64,000 nt of DNA, taken from positions 28,458,001 to 28,522,000 of the forward strand of contig NC_043001.1 in NCBI RefSeq assembly GCF_006345805.1, read 5' to 3'. Position numbers and translations under genes: made by a program. Position 1 is the first letter of the stretch; each line of letters begins with the position of its first letter. This document shows, one piece after another, positions 1-12,684 of this stretch. Origin of the DNA: Octopus sinensis. Its lineage: Eukaryota. The notes beneath the pieces are model-generated. The model searched no databases, was not told where the DNA came from, and worked only from the letters and a program-made list of their open reading frames with translations.

Positions 1-376
1 TGTTGCCTTATTTTTTTTTTCTACTCATCGATCAATATTTTACAAAAACAGCGACCGAACCAGATGAGTATTACTCTCTCTCTGCATAGAGCATCATTCC
101 TAGGGCATACGTCTTCGTCTTCCCTGTTTTCTCCCGTTAAATGTCGCTTGCCAAATAAAAACTATTAATAATTATTATTAATTACATCGTGGAGGAGCAA
201 TGGCCCAGTGGTTAGGGCAGCGGACTCGCGGTCGGAGGATCGTGGTTTCGATTCCCAGACCGGTCGTTGTGTGTGTTTATTGATCGAAAACACCTAAAGG
301 CTCCACGAGGCTCCGGCAGGGGGTGGAGGCCTCCCCTGTCTATCGATGGTTATGTTTCAGAATATCGCTGTAAATA

Positions 377-878
377 CTAGGTTGAGATAATAGTTCGTGC
401 GCCGAGTTAAAATAATGATTTGTTTTAATACAAGAATTTATTCAAAAATCAACACCAACTATTCTTCAAAATATAGACCATCATTTTCCACGACCTTCTG
501 CCAACGATCTGCAAGCTTTCAGATTTGGTCAAAGTACCAATCTTTCGGCTTTTTATCGAAACATTCTTGATAGGCTTCTTCAACTTCATCGAATGACTCA
601 AATCAGCGACCTTTCATAAAGTGCTGCATTGATTGGAAGAGACCGTAGTCAGATGGATCAACGTATAGACTATAAGCTGGATGCGGCAGAACTTCCACAC
701 CATCCAATTTTTCAATCTTCTGGCTGGTCTTTCAGGCGGTATACGGCTTTGTATTGTCTTGTTGAAACAAGGCGCGTTTTTGACGAATACAGTTAGTCAC
801 CATTAAACATGACATTAACTGAATGAACATATACACCACATAATTTTAACACGGCGCACGAACTTTTCCTCAGCCTAA
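377..878 (-). mobile_element. Internally deleted mariner (DD34D-type) element, decayed
   Basis: About 40-bp imperfect TIRs (taggttgagataatagttcgtgcgccgagttaaaataatg / cataattttaacacggcgcacgaacttttcctcagccta) with TA flanks; minus-strand remnant EVLPHPAYS..DPSDYGLF...LADRWQKVVENDGLYF with stops. Confidence 0.88.
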
Positions 879-929
879 TATTAAGGTTTATAATAATTCT
901 TAAAAGAAATATAGACAGTAACTGCTCGA

Positions 930-1015
930 TAACATAAGGGACTAAAGCCATCTGAATATGGCTCCACCCTGCCCTGTCCCTAGCCATATTCAGATGGCTT
1001 TAGTCCCTTATGTTA
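930..1015. repeat. Perfect 34-bp inverted repeat with an 18-nt loop
   Basis: 930-963 is the exact reverse complement of 982-1015. Confidence 0.97.
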
Positions 1016-1918
1016 AATATTAAGGTTGTTATATCCTTAAAAGGACGCAAACCCCTAAAAGTGGTAATTATGCTGGTGGCTGCATCATGCGAATAATCAT
1101 GATCGGTACAATGAGCTCCAGACCACGTACCAAAAGCGATATATTAAATAAACCCCTTTAATGCAATACGTCAGCACAACGGCAGTCCTGTGACTGAAGC
1201 CATTAGGAAAAGAAAACAGTTTTTAAAGCTGGTTAATTCGATATTCGAATTCACTATTATACCAACAGAAACTTCTAAAATAGTTTTATATTTATTTTAT
1301 ATTCTGTCTGGTGGAGGTGGGTTCTTTTTGCCTCTTCTTTTGTTTCCCTGCTATCATAATATCTGCACAAGAAAAAGAATATATGTAATATATTAACATA
1401 CTTAAAGGCAAATAATAAAGCTCCGATACCAGTTCGCTTGAGACAAACACTTACATTATTTAAGCATAAAATTCAATATCTGTTTTTAACTCGTTAACTA
1501 AGAAAGAACGCTAGGATAAGAAGGCTATCATAAATCCATACATTTTGCTTTGAAATTTCTAAATTTGAATATTTACAACAAAATAATGATGCTTCGCCAT
1601 CATTAATCATTTTTTCATTATCACCTCTCCGATCTTAAAATTTGAAATATTTGCATCTCTTGTGGGACTTCTGTGGCAATCCTGTGGCGTGAGAGATGAA
1701 TGAATATGATAGACGTTGTTGTTTAACTTAGTCCGTCATATTGAAAAAATTTTAAATACGTTTATCTTAAATTCAATTTTAAGTGAAATACTAAAAGCAT
1801 AAACGAAGACAAAAATGCATATAAAGAAATATGAATGGATACTTGTAAAACATGAAACATACGAGAGTGACAAAGCATAGATAAAATCTTAAGGCTGCGT
1901 CGGAAATTAATGTATGTG

Positions 1919-2114
1919 TGTAGGAGTGGCTGTGTGGTAAGTTGCTTGCTTACGAACCACATGGTTCCGAGTTCAGTTCCACTGCGTGGCACCTTGGGCA
2001 ACTGTCTTCTGCTATAGCCCCGGGTCGACCAATGCCTTGTGAGTGGATTTGGTAGACGGAAACTGATAAAGCATGTATATATATGTATATATATATATAT
2101 ATATATATAATATA

Positions 2115-2146
<32 letters not shown>

Positions 2147-2346
2147 TTGTGTGTCTGTGTTTGTTCCCCCTAGCATTGCTTGACAACCGATGCTGGTGTG
2201 TTTACGTCCCCGTCACTTAGCGGTTCGGCAAAAGAGACCGATAGAATAAGTACTGGCTTACAAAGAATAAGTCCCGGGGTCGATTTGCTCGACTAAAGGC
2301 GGTGCTCCAGCATGGCCACAGTCAAATGACTGAAACAAGTAAAGAG
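1919..2346 (+). mobile_element. Family A tRNA-derived SINE (about 400 bp, internal TA/TG microsatellite). Other copies, +: 2347-2556, 2578-2925, 7038-7505, 8292-8700, 12905-13290, 16075-16470, 22428-22750, 30758-31172, 31655-32022, 33138-33520, 45725-46105, 46650-47100, 48150-48260, 61960-62100; -: 5163-5330, 14330-14610, 14765-14990, 15281-15440, 24707-25078, 40888-41045, 53690-54060, 61620-61830
   Basis: Pol III A/B-box-like head (tggctgtgtggtaag...ggttcagtccc), ccttgggcaagtg domain, tail gactgaaacaagtaaaagagt; more than 20 copies. Confidence 0.92.
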
Positions 2347-2930
2347 TATGTGTGTATATGTTTGCGTGTGTGTGTGTCCCCAACATCGCTTGACAACCGA
2401 TGCTGGTGTGCTTATGTCCCCGTAACTTAGCGGTTCGGCAAAAGAGACCGATAGAATAAGTACTAGGCTTACAAAGAATAAATCCTGGGCTCGATTTGCT
2501 TGACTAAAGGCGGTGCTCCAGCATGGCCGCAGTCAAAATGACTGAAACAAGTAAAAGATTTATATATATATATATAATAGGCGCAGGAGTGGCAGTGTGG
2601 TAAGTAGCTTGCTAACCAACCACATGGTTCCGGGTTCAGTCCCACTGCGTGGCATCTTGGGCAAGTGTCTTCTGCTATAGCCCCGGGCTGACCGATGCCT
2701 TGTGAGTGGATTTGGTAGACGGAAACTGAAAGAAGCCTGTCGTATATATGTATATATATGTATATGTGTGTGTGTGTCTGTGTTTTGTCCCCTAGCATTG
2801 CTTGACAACCGATGCTGGTGTTGTTTACGTCCCCGTCACTTAGCGGTTCGGCAAAAAGAGACCGATAGAATAAGTACTAAAAGGTGGTGCTCCAGCATGG
2901 CCGCAGTCAAATGAACGAAAACAAGAAAGA

Positions 2931-2978
<48 letters not shown>

Positions 2979-3205
2979 AATTTAAATATAGGATAAAAAA
3001 TCTTATAAGAATTTATCAATTAGTTAGCGTGAAAAACTTCATAAGGGAAAATGTATTAATTATTCCCTATAAATATATTTATTTATATTAAGGGTATTAC
3101 TATACATAAATGCCTCACGCTAGGAGGGACTCTTAAAGTCAAAACTACCGTAATAACCACATTGTACCGAACGCGAGCGAATGCAACTCTCGAAGCGAGC
3201 CTCCT

Positions 3206-3253
<48 letters not shown>

Positions 3254-3762
3254 AATTAAAGCAGATAAGAAAAGGTACACAGTTTGGCAAGATATGACAA
3301 GGACATTTTAGCTATATATTAAAAGGTTTAGGTATATATATCTTTTATTATATAGCTAAATTGAATACTCTTGTCAAGTCTTGCCAAACTGTTTGTCTTT
3401 CCTTTTCTGCTTTAATCTTTACCTACTAACTCAAGGGGAAGCCACTTCTAGCCGCTTTAGAAAATCAGTCACATATTTATGAGTCTGTGTGTGTATGTGT
3501 CTGTCTGTCTGTCTGTTTGCCTGTCTGTATTTGCAAATCGCTTCACAACTGACGTTGGTGTGTTTATACCCTCGCAACTTAGCGAGTCAGCAGAAGTTTG
3601 CCATTACCTTCTGCCGAAGCCGCTTGGAGCTTCCGTGTTACGCTCATAAACACACACATCATCCTGTCTGAGATTCGAACTCGCGATCCTCGACCGCGAG
3701 TCTGCTGCTCTAACCACTAGGCCATGTGCACACAACACACACACACACACACACAACACATA

Positions 3763-3796
<34 letters not shown>

Positions 3797-4174
3797 TATG
3801 CATCTTTCTTTCTTAGTTTCACCCCGATGACCGCGTCCATGCTGGAGCACCGCAGTTTGCATTGCTACACTTTCACTAAACCTCCTTTGATATTTAACAC
3901 TTCGTGGATGAGGGAGTTTGACGATGCTGCCCTCATCTGTGTTTCTTGCCTTGAGATAGGTCCACCCGGAACTCTTGACAGAAGGAGATCCAGTATATAC
4001 GTATATTTACACACACACCACACACACACACACACGTGTCTCTGCATGTGTGTTTGTGTGTGTATGTGTGTGGGTGTATACATGTTCATGAAAATATATA
4101 CATGAGAGAAAGAGAGAGATAAGCTTACTTATTCGAGATTAATTCGCGCGCGTATGCATATACACAATCACTCA

Positions 4175-4571
4175 CATGCAAATATGTGTATGTTTATACA
4201 TACATACGTACATATACAAACACATATACGTGCATACGTACAAGCATCTATGCGCACACACGCACGTGTCTGTGTGTGTATAATGTAAACATTTATATAT
4301 GTATACTTGCTTGTATAGGTATAAAGATACACAGAAATATACGTACGTACGCACATACATACACACACACACATACATACATACATACATACATACATAC
4401 ATACATACATACATACATACATACACACACATACATACATACATACATACATACATACATACATACATACACACACATACATACATGCATACATACATAT
4501 ATACATACATACATGCATACACACACATACATACATACATACATACATACATACATACATACATACATACA

Positions 4572-4602
<31 letters not shown>

Positions 4603-4605
4603 GTA
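4175..4605. repeat. (ATAC)n/(AC)n microsatellite tract
   Basis: Direct reading; explains ORFs 4168-4679. Confidence 0.98.
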
Positions 4606-5061
4606 TAAGTTTACAAACTAAAGCAGTAGGAGAGGAAAACTTACAGTATGAGTCTCTGTATTTTTGTAGCCTGAGGTAAACTTAGCGTAGTAGGAAAACG
4701 TCGTTTAAACAACGCACCTTTACTTTTGTTTCTGAAGGACAACAGAATGTTGAAGCCTTATGCAAAATAATGGCCTTGAACGTATTGGGAAGAACTGGAG
4801 TTTGCGGTAAACGGAGGAAATATGGAAGAACACAATATGAAATTGATATATATATGTCTGTTTGTGTGTGTGTGTGTGTGTGTGTATGTGTGTGTGTGTG
4901 TGTATGTGTTTGTGTGCATGTATACGTATGTATGCATATATATAAGTTTATATACTTATAAATATATAAACATAATATATATATATATAGATATATATAT
5001 ATATAGATGATATATGCATGTGCAGGTATATATATATATATATACATATATGTCATATATG

Positions 5062-5161
5062 TNNNNNNNNNNNNNNNNNNNNNNNNNNNNNNNNNNNNNN
5101 NNNNNNNNNNNNNNNNNNNNNNNNNNNNNNNNNNNNNNNNNNNNNNNNNNNNNNNNNNNNN
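5062..5161. other. Assembly gap (100 N)
   Basis: Run of n between microsatellite and SINE sequence. Confidence 1.
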
Positions 5162-5869
5162 NATATACGACGGGCTTCTTTCAGTTTCCGTCTACCAAAT
5201 CCACTCACAAGGCATTGGTTGGCCTGAGGCTATAGTAGAAGACACTTGCCCAAGGTGCCACGCAGTGGGACTGAACCCAGAGCCATGTGGTTGGTAAGCC
5301 ACTCCTGCGCCTGCTTACCACACAGCAACTCCTACGCCTTACGTATACCTATTTAATATACGTATACGTATACTAAATACGTATGTATAAATATTGTTTT
5401 TAGATACAATATATTTAGAATATAAATATATTATATTTAAATACAATATATATATTTTAGGTATAATATATATATATATTGTATCTAAATATAAATATCC
5501 AAGTCACGCAAAAAGATTTTTTGCTGTTTGATTTTTAACCCTTTCTGTGGCGCTGGATTGAGAGAGAAGTACCTATAGTGACGGAGGATAGAAGCGAAAG
5601 CAAAAGAAACTTCTTTCAAGAATGATGACATGGAATTGATATACGTATATTCAAGATGCACCAGGATATTCTGCCATACGCAATTCCAAAGGAATCAGCT
5701 TCGTGGCAAGAATGCAAATAAAGGTAGTGGTATCTAACTCCTTTATTAAAGTTAAGAACAGTTGAAATAGTATCAGTTGTATTGACGATTCTCCATCATG
5801 GCTGCAGCCTTCGAGCTGAAACAAAATGAGAAGAAAAGAATACAAAAGAAAAGGAAGATAAAGCGAAAC

Positions 5870-6030
5870 ATATGCACATACATTCACACACACATATACA
5901 TACATATATACACACATAGACAAAAAAACACATATATAAATGCATATATACCTACATGCATACATATATACACATATATACCCGCATTAAGAATAAATGA
6001 TATACACAGATATACATATATAAATGTACA

Positions 6031-6070
<40 letters not shown>

Positions 6071-6260
6071 TATATACATACACATACATATATACATATA
6101 CATACACAGACACACATATATATACATACACTACACACATATATATACATACACAGACACACATATATATACATACGCACATACCTACAAATACATACAT
6201 ATATACATAAATATACATATACATATATATACATGCATACATACATATATATATATACAC

Positions 6261-6303
<43 letters not shown>

Positions 6304-6558
6304 CACACATACATACATACATATATATATATATATACACACATACATACATACATATATATATATATACACACATACATACATATATATATATATACAC
6401 ACACATACATACATATATATATATACACACATACATACATACATATATATATATATACACACACATACATACATATATATATATACACACTTACATACAT
6501 ATATATATATATAGATATACACACATACATACATACATATATATATATATATACACAC

Positions 6559-6606
<48 letters not shown>

Positions 6607-6665
6607 ATACATACATATATATATATATATACACACATACATACATACATATATATATATATAAT
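5870..6665. repeat. Compound (AT)n/(AC)n/(ATAC)n tract, about 800 bp
   Basis: Direct reading; explains ORFs 5798-6668. Confidence 0.98.
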
Positions 6666-7257
6666 TAATATCAGGGTAATAAAGATTTTGGAAATTTTTT
6701 CTACCAGTGGCCTAGCGTATAGAAAAATTAGTCAATAGACTATATATTATTCATATAAAATTCAGTGTACATTTAAACACATTAAGAGGTTTCCATCATA
6801 AGAATCCTTTACGTTAAAAAGAACATTAGTTAGGGATAAATTCTCGAAGGGAATGAAAAATAAAAACATTTACCATCTTTTTCCTGGACCATGGTTTCTG
6901 ACTTATTTTAGTAAATAAAATAATTTACCGGCGAAGTTTTCATCAACAGGGACGCCAAAGATTAAATATATAAACAACGAGGCCAATCCAGCATGTGTCT
7001 CATTGCTTATACATTTTAATTCTTTTTCAAATCCACCGCACAGGAGTTGCTGTGTGGTAAATGGCTTGCTTACCAACCACATGGCTCCGGGTTCAATCCT
7101 ACTGCGTGGCACCTTGGGCAAGTGTCTTATACTATAGCCTCGGCCGACCAAAGCTTCGTGAGTGGATTTGTAATTGGAAACTGAAAGAAGCCTGTCGTAT
7201 GTACATATATGTGTGTGTATATGTATGTATGTATGTATGCATGTATGTAAATGTGTG

Positions 7258-7308
<51 letters not shown>

Positions 7309-7575
7309 CTGTGTTTGTTCTCCCAACATCGCCTGACAACCGATGTTGGTGAGTTTACGTTTCTGTAACCAAGCGGTTCGGCAAAAGAGAGCGACTGAAT
7401 AAGTACTAGGCTTACAAAAAATAAGTCCAAGGGATCGATTTGCTCGACTAAAGTCGGTGCTCCAGCATGGCTGCAGTCAAATAACTGAGACAACTGAAAC
7501 ATTAAAAGAATAATAGAATATATACATATGGTATATACATATAATATACACACACACATACATACATACATACAC

Positions 7576-7616
<41 letters not shown>

Positions 7617-9088
7617 AAGACAGGCAGGTAGATAGAGAGAGAGTGGGGTAATATTTGTGTAGAGAAAGAAATTCACGAAGTCTGTATGTGTGCAGGACAT
7701 TAAGAAATGAAAAGAAGAAGTGCCGTCCTATTTTGATTGAGGGAGCCAGATAGGAAAAGATTCACTGTATGTGAGCTGGTCAGAAATACATGTTAGGGGT
7801 CAACATTGAAGAAACATTTTCTGTATGAGGATTGCTGCATAGAATAAAGAATTTATAAGCATTCAGCTCCCACAAGTTTGTAAAAGAGACACAAGAATGG
7901 CTGAGTATATTGGTTTCCAATTTTGGCACAAGGTCAACTAGTTCGAGATATGGGATAAGTTGATTACTTCAACACCAGAGCTCGGCTGGTACTTATTTTA
8001 TCTACCCCGAAAAGATGAAAAGCGAATCGGTGGAATTTGGGCTCAGAACGTAAAGACAGCCGAAATGCTGATAATTTTGGCCAGCATGCTAACGATTCTG
8101 TCACCCCGCGGCTTTAGATTTATTGAATAGATAAAGGAAATTTTATTCATGATGGCTGTCTACGGTCTCAAGATATTCATGATTGTATCTCCAATCACAT
8201 ATTTTTCATATAATACATATCAACGTCTTGAGGGTCACAGATCTTGATTCCTCAAAATGTATAACTTTGTTAAGCTAAGTCTCAACAATAAAGGCGCAGG
8301 AGTGGCTGTGTGGTAAGTAGTTTGTTTACCAGCCACATGGTTCCGGGTTCAGTCCCATTGCGTAGCACCTTGGGCAAGTGTCTTCTACTATAGCCTCGGG
8401 TCGACCAACGCCTTGCGAGTGGATTTGGTAGACGGAAACTGAAAGAAGCCTGTCGTATATGTGTATATATATGTGTGTGTGTGTGTCTATATGTTTGCTT
8501 GTCTGTGCTTGTGCCCCCAACATCGCTTGACAACCGATGCTGGTGTGTTTATGTCCCCGTAACTTAGCGGTTCGGCAAAAGAGACCGATAGAGTAAGTAC
8601 TAGGCTTATAAATAATAAATCCTGGGGTCGATTTACTTGACTAAAGGCGGTGCTCCAGCATGGCCGCAGGCAAATGACTAAAATAAGTAAAAGAGTAAAA
8701 GAATATTTTAAGAAAATATTTTCAGAAGAGTTCTACCTGCCATTTAAATACTCTATGATTCGTGTATAGTAAAACAATAAAATGTGTTTCACTTAATGTT
8801 ATTGCTGTAAAAGTCAAGAAAAATACATTGCAATATGTTCTCAAGATGTAACCCAAAAATACTTGGAAATATTTTGCTGAATTTTTGTTTGAAGTATTTG
8901 TTGCTACTGAAAAATGCAAACATACTTGTTGTGTAGAATTCTGCGTTGGAAGACTTTCACATGAACCTTTTGCTTTAGATTTCTCGCAAATTATTCTTTG
9001 TTCTATCAAAGTGTCACTTTATGAGTCATTTCTGTATCATTGATGATGCTCAGTGGCATCATACATTTTATACAATTCTGCAGTCCAG

Positions 9089-9309
9089 TCAAAACACTGT
9101 GGTTTTCATTTGATTGAACTGTGAAGAAAAATAATAACAAAAAGGATTTACCACCAAGAGCATTTGCTCGTTATTCATTTGTGGTAGCATGTCGTTCAAA
9201 TCCACTATTTCTCTTTCTGCCGATTTCAACATCACAACAGCGTAGCGTGCATCAACACTAAAGTTTACTGTCTTTAGCAATAAATCAAGATTATTTGGCC
9301 CATCCATAG
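9089..9309 (-). CDS. Orphan candidate exon: (A)MDGPNNLDLLLKTVNFSVDARYAVVMLKSAEREIVDLNDMLPQMNNEQMLLVVNPFCYYFSSQFNQMKTTVF-stop
   Basis: Non-repetitive, protein-like open frame preceded by tatatttag (phase 1); no homolog recognised. Confidence 0.3.
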
Positions 9310-10366
9310 CTAAATATATTAAATTTGCAATATTAAATATCATACTCATACTCTAAATAAACAAATAAATACTAGGGACTAGATAGAATTTTCGATAGAA
9401 ACTAACAGTTAACAGATTTAAAAGCCTTTGAGAAAATACATAGATTTTCAATGACAAACATTCTCTACCGAGGTAATTTATACCATAATGGAGAAACCTA
9501 CTTATCAATCAGGTTTGTATCAATCACTAAAAGTACTTAAAGAAAGCAATCATTAAAGGGTTGACTATCTGGAAATATTTTTTATGAATTCATGTTCTTA
9601 GAAATTTCCTGTAATTTCGACTTCCCAAGTTTATTGAAATTGTTAACTCCAACTTCTCACAAATTTAAATATCCATCGCATTCACTGCGTCCAATTCTTC
9701 ACAAATTTAAACATTCATTACATTCACTGCAGAGTATTCCATTTTCATTTGCAAAGTCTCTCACTGTCTCATTTAATGTTTTCATTTCAAGTTTTAATTT
9801 GCTATCTGGAAAACTGACAGTTTATTCTATTCATGCATGCATAATGTAAAAATATTATTTATTGAATGAAAATTTTTTAAGATACCCGTATAATTTTTGT
9901 AAAAAAACGTTTTAAGTGATTTTGTTGTTATAGCTATTTGGAACGCTATAAACGTTACAATAATAAGTCAAAGGACCGATTTAGGTAAATTTCCTTTTTA
10001 ACTTAAAACCATGGGAGGAGCCTTTTCGGTAAAAAAAAAATTGTAAATATTTTCAGAGGAAAAGGTGAAGAATTCGAGGAAGGCTTCGCTGTTGTTTCTA
10101 GCACAACCCAAACCACCCTCCCTTTTTACTCTCACGTGGATTGATGTTTTTTCAATATTTTCTCCCATTAAGTACATTTTATGGAATGATGATGCCGAAG
10201 TAACATACACGTGGTCCACTGGTGGAAGAAAAGATGTAATCTAAATTTTTACCCCCACCTAAATTAAGCCAAGCTGTGTGTGCGTGTAAGAAAACATTTT
10301 CTAACCACAAAATATGCTATTAAAATGAATTATCGTTTACATAACTCTTTTTTTTTTTAATCAACA

Positions 10367-10678
10367 ACAATTGTAGTGTGGAAGATGTTTGTAAGCCATT
10401 CAAGAACACAAAAAAACAGTTAGTTTCACTTCAACATTTAAATTTCATTTGTGTCAAAATATTTTCGTCGCTTTGAAACCGTGACCTATTCACTGACAAA
10501 ACTTCGTGCGGTTTCAAAGCGAAGAAAATATTTTGACACAAATGAAATTTAAATGTTGAAGTGAAACTGTTTTTGTGTGTTCTTGAATGGCTTACAAACA
10601 TCTTCCACGCTGCAATTGTTTTTGTTTCAGCACACGATCTCAGATCAAGTCACTTGCTATGCAAGTACATCACAGTAA
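10367..10678 (-). mobile_element. Foldback non-autonomous element, probably Penelope-like-derived, with a hammerhead variant (second copy 62758-63058)
   Basis: About 105-bp inverted arms around a short spacer, then a shared tail cagcacacgatctcagatca(a/g)gtcacttgctatgcaagtacatc in both copies. Confidence 0.6.
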
Positions 10679-11030
10679 TTTTTTTTTAAATCACTGTGGA
10701 TAAATGCCAGCAATGACATTCTCAGGCTCTCCAATTTCTAATTTTTAAACAGAAACAATCGGGGCAGGGAGTAGGTTAGAGCCATAATTTCTCAGGTTTT
10801 CACCAAAATTTCAAGGCCTGAAATTTTGGTGGCGGGGACTAGTCGATTACATTGACCCCGTTGTTTCACTGGTACTTATTTTACCAATCCTGAAAAGATG
10901 AAAGGCAAAGTCGACCTCGGCGAAATTTGAACTCAGAACGTAGCGACGGTCGAAATACCGCTAAGCATTTCGTGCAGCGTTCTAATGGTTCTGCCAGCTC
11001 GCCGTCCTAATAATAATAATAATAATAATA

Positions 11031-11630
11031 CGGTAACCCAAAACCCCCATGCTGTAAGTATGGATATGAGGTTACGGGTGCTTGGTACCAACATACACTG
11101 GAAAAGGTAAGGGGCGAAAAGGGGAAATCAAAACTCCTCTGGGACTTTTACTTCCAGACAGACAATGTATTAGAGCACCGAAGGCCGGAGATAGTAACCT
11201 TTACGAGGGACAAACAAGAGAGCCTAATAATTGACGTGGCAGTGCTAGGAGATCAACAAATCATTATGAAAGAAAGAGAAAAGGTTGATAAATATGGAGA
11301 GCCGAGAATTGAGATTGCTAAGATGAGGCAGCTACGAGAGTCAAACATAAAGGTTATCCCTATTGTCATCGGAGCATTGGGTTCAATACCACCCAATCTG
11401 AAAAAGCATCTGAAAACCTTAGAAATACCCTACTATCTAGATGTATTGCAAAAGTCGGCATTACTTGGAACTGCACGCGTATTGCGTAAAGTACTGTCTG
11501 TCTGAGGTCCTTGTGATTTGACAAACAGTACAAACCCCGGTAGACACAATATCTTCAATCAACAACCTCACAATATTGTATACTGTGCTACGTCTATGAT
11601 GATGATAATAATAATAATAATGATAATAAT
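11031..11630 (+). mobile_element. 5'-truncated R4/Dong-clade non-LTR retrotransposon (restriction-like endonuclease C-terminus, 3' UTR and AAT tail)
   Basis: Open frame to stop at 11505: KLLWDFYFQTDNVLEHRRPEIV...IIDVAV.GD...KEREKVDKY...VIPIVIGALG...LQKSALLGTARVLRKVL; flanked by (AAT)n on both sides. Confidence 0.88.
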
Positions 11631-12190
11631 AAATGCCCTGATGCTGTATCCAGACAGTGGCTCTCATGGCTGCTGATCTTAACTGATTGGAAGTGTTATC
11701 ATGTACATTGTTTTGTCTTGGTATAAAAGATGGGCTACGGCCAATATTCTACTCAATACCGCAGATTTGCTTGTCAGTTGTTTGACCTTAACCAGTTGAG
11801 CATGTCCCTTAGTGGCTGACGATATGTGTATCTCTGATCACGGGAAAAAGTAGTGGGGGAGCATCATAGCCATGTGTTAAGCGGGATTCTTTGGGGTTTG
11901 AATAATTCACTTCTGGAAACATGGGTGTTTTGTTCAACATCCTTAAACAACCCTTATTCAGGGACCTTTTGAGCAGGATGGGTTATTAGACCAGATGAAA
12001 ATTCTAACTTGGCCCCACCTGCAAGGTCGTGCTCTGTATACCTAGATATGAGATCACCATGTCGCGCACATATGGCTGTGGTGCATGTGCCTGGTGTACT
12101 CTTATCACACGGGTAGACATGATGGGTGTACTGGGCTTCGTATATTTTACCACAGTGTCACTTTGATGGCATGCACTGCTCTCTCACTCA
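11631..12190 (+). mobile_element. Family G: about 560-bp (AAT)n-flanked interspersed repeat (copies 12220-12650, 41810-42287, 63598 to window end)
   Basis: Four clearly homologous copies, all in the same orientation and all embedded in (AAT)n; no ORF recognised. Confidence 0.85.
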
Positions 12191-12684
12191 ATAATAATAA
12201 TAATAATAATAATAATATTTGTCTTGGTATAAAAGATGGGCTACAGCAAATATTCTGCTCAATACCACAGATTTGCTTGTCAGTTGTTTGAATTTAACTA
12301 GTTGAGTATGTTCCTTAGTGTCTGACGATATGTGCATCTCTGATCATGCGCAGAAGTAGTAGGGAAGCATCATAGTCATGTGTTGAGATGAATTCTTTGG
12401 GGTTTGAATAATTCACCTCTGGAAACATAGGTGTTTTGTTCATTACCCTTTGAAGAAAATTCTGCAAGGTCATCTATCTGTTGTTGATCTTGGTATGAGA
12501 TTACCATGTCGCACGCATATGGTTGTGATGCATGTGCCTGGTGTACCCTTATCAGATGGGTAGTGAGTAGTCATGATGGGTATATTTGGCTTCGTATATT
12601 TGTACCCCAGTGTCACTTTGATGGCATACATTGTTCTCTCACTCACTCAATAATGATAATACTAATAATAATAATAATAATAAT

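Noticed and set aside
188-260. tRNA genes at SINE heads (also 26350-26423, 33835-33900, 38090-38163)
   Set aside because: A and B boxes are present, but there is no closed acceptor stem and each runs into a SINE body.
5620-5660. Hammerhead-like tgatga...gatatacgtat
   Set aside because: The GAAA motif and helix I are broken.
4168-6668. Long ORFs of 100-250 aa (YVCM/HTYI repeats)
   Set aside because: Translations of AT/AC/ATAC microsatellites, which lack stop codons.
9119-9151. 33-nt GT-AG intron inside the orphan ORF
   Set aside because: Too short for typical metazoan splicing; the frame is preserved either way.
9290-9309. MDGPN as a hAT-like transposase motif
   Set aside because: The downstream GSCxLH-type motif and TIRs are absent.
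9998-10219. ORF containing KREGGLG (LINE-like motif)
   Set aside because: Only a short motif; no flanking RT similarity recognisable.
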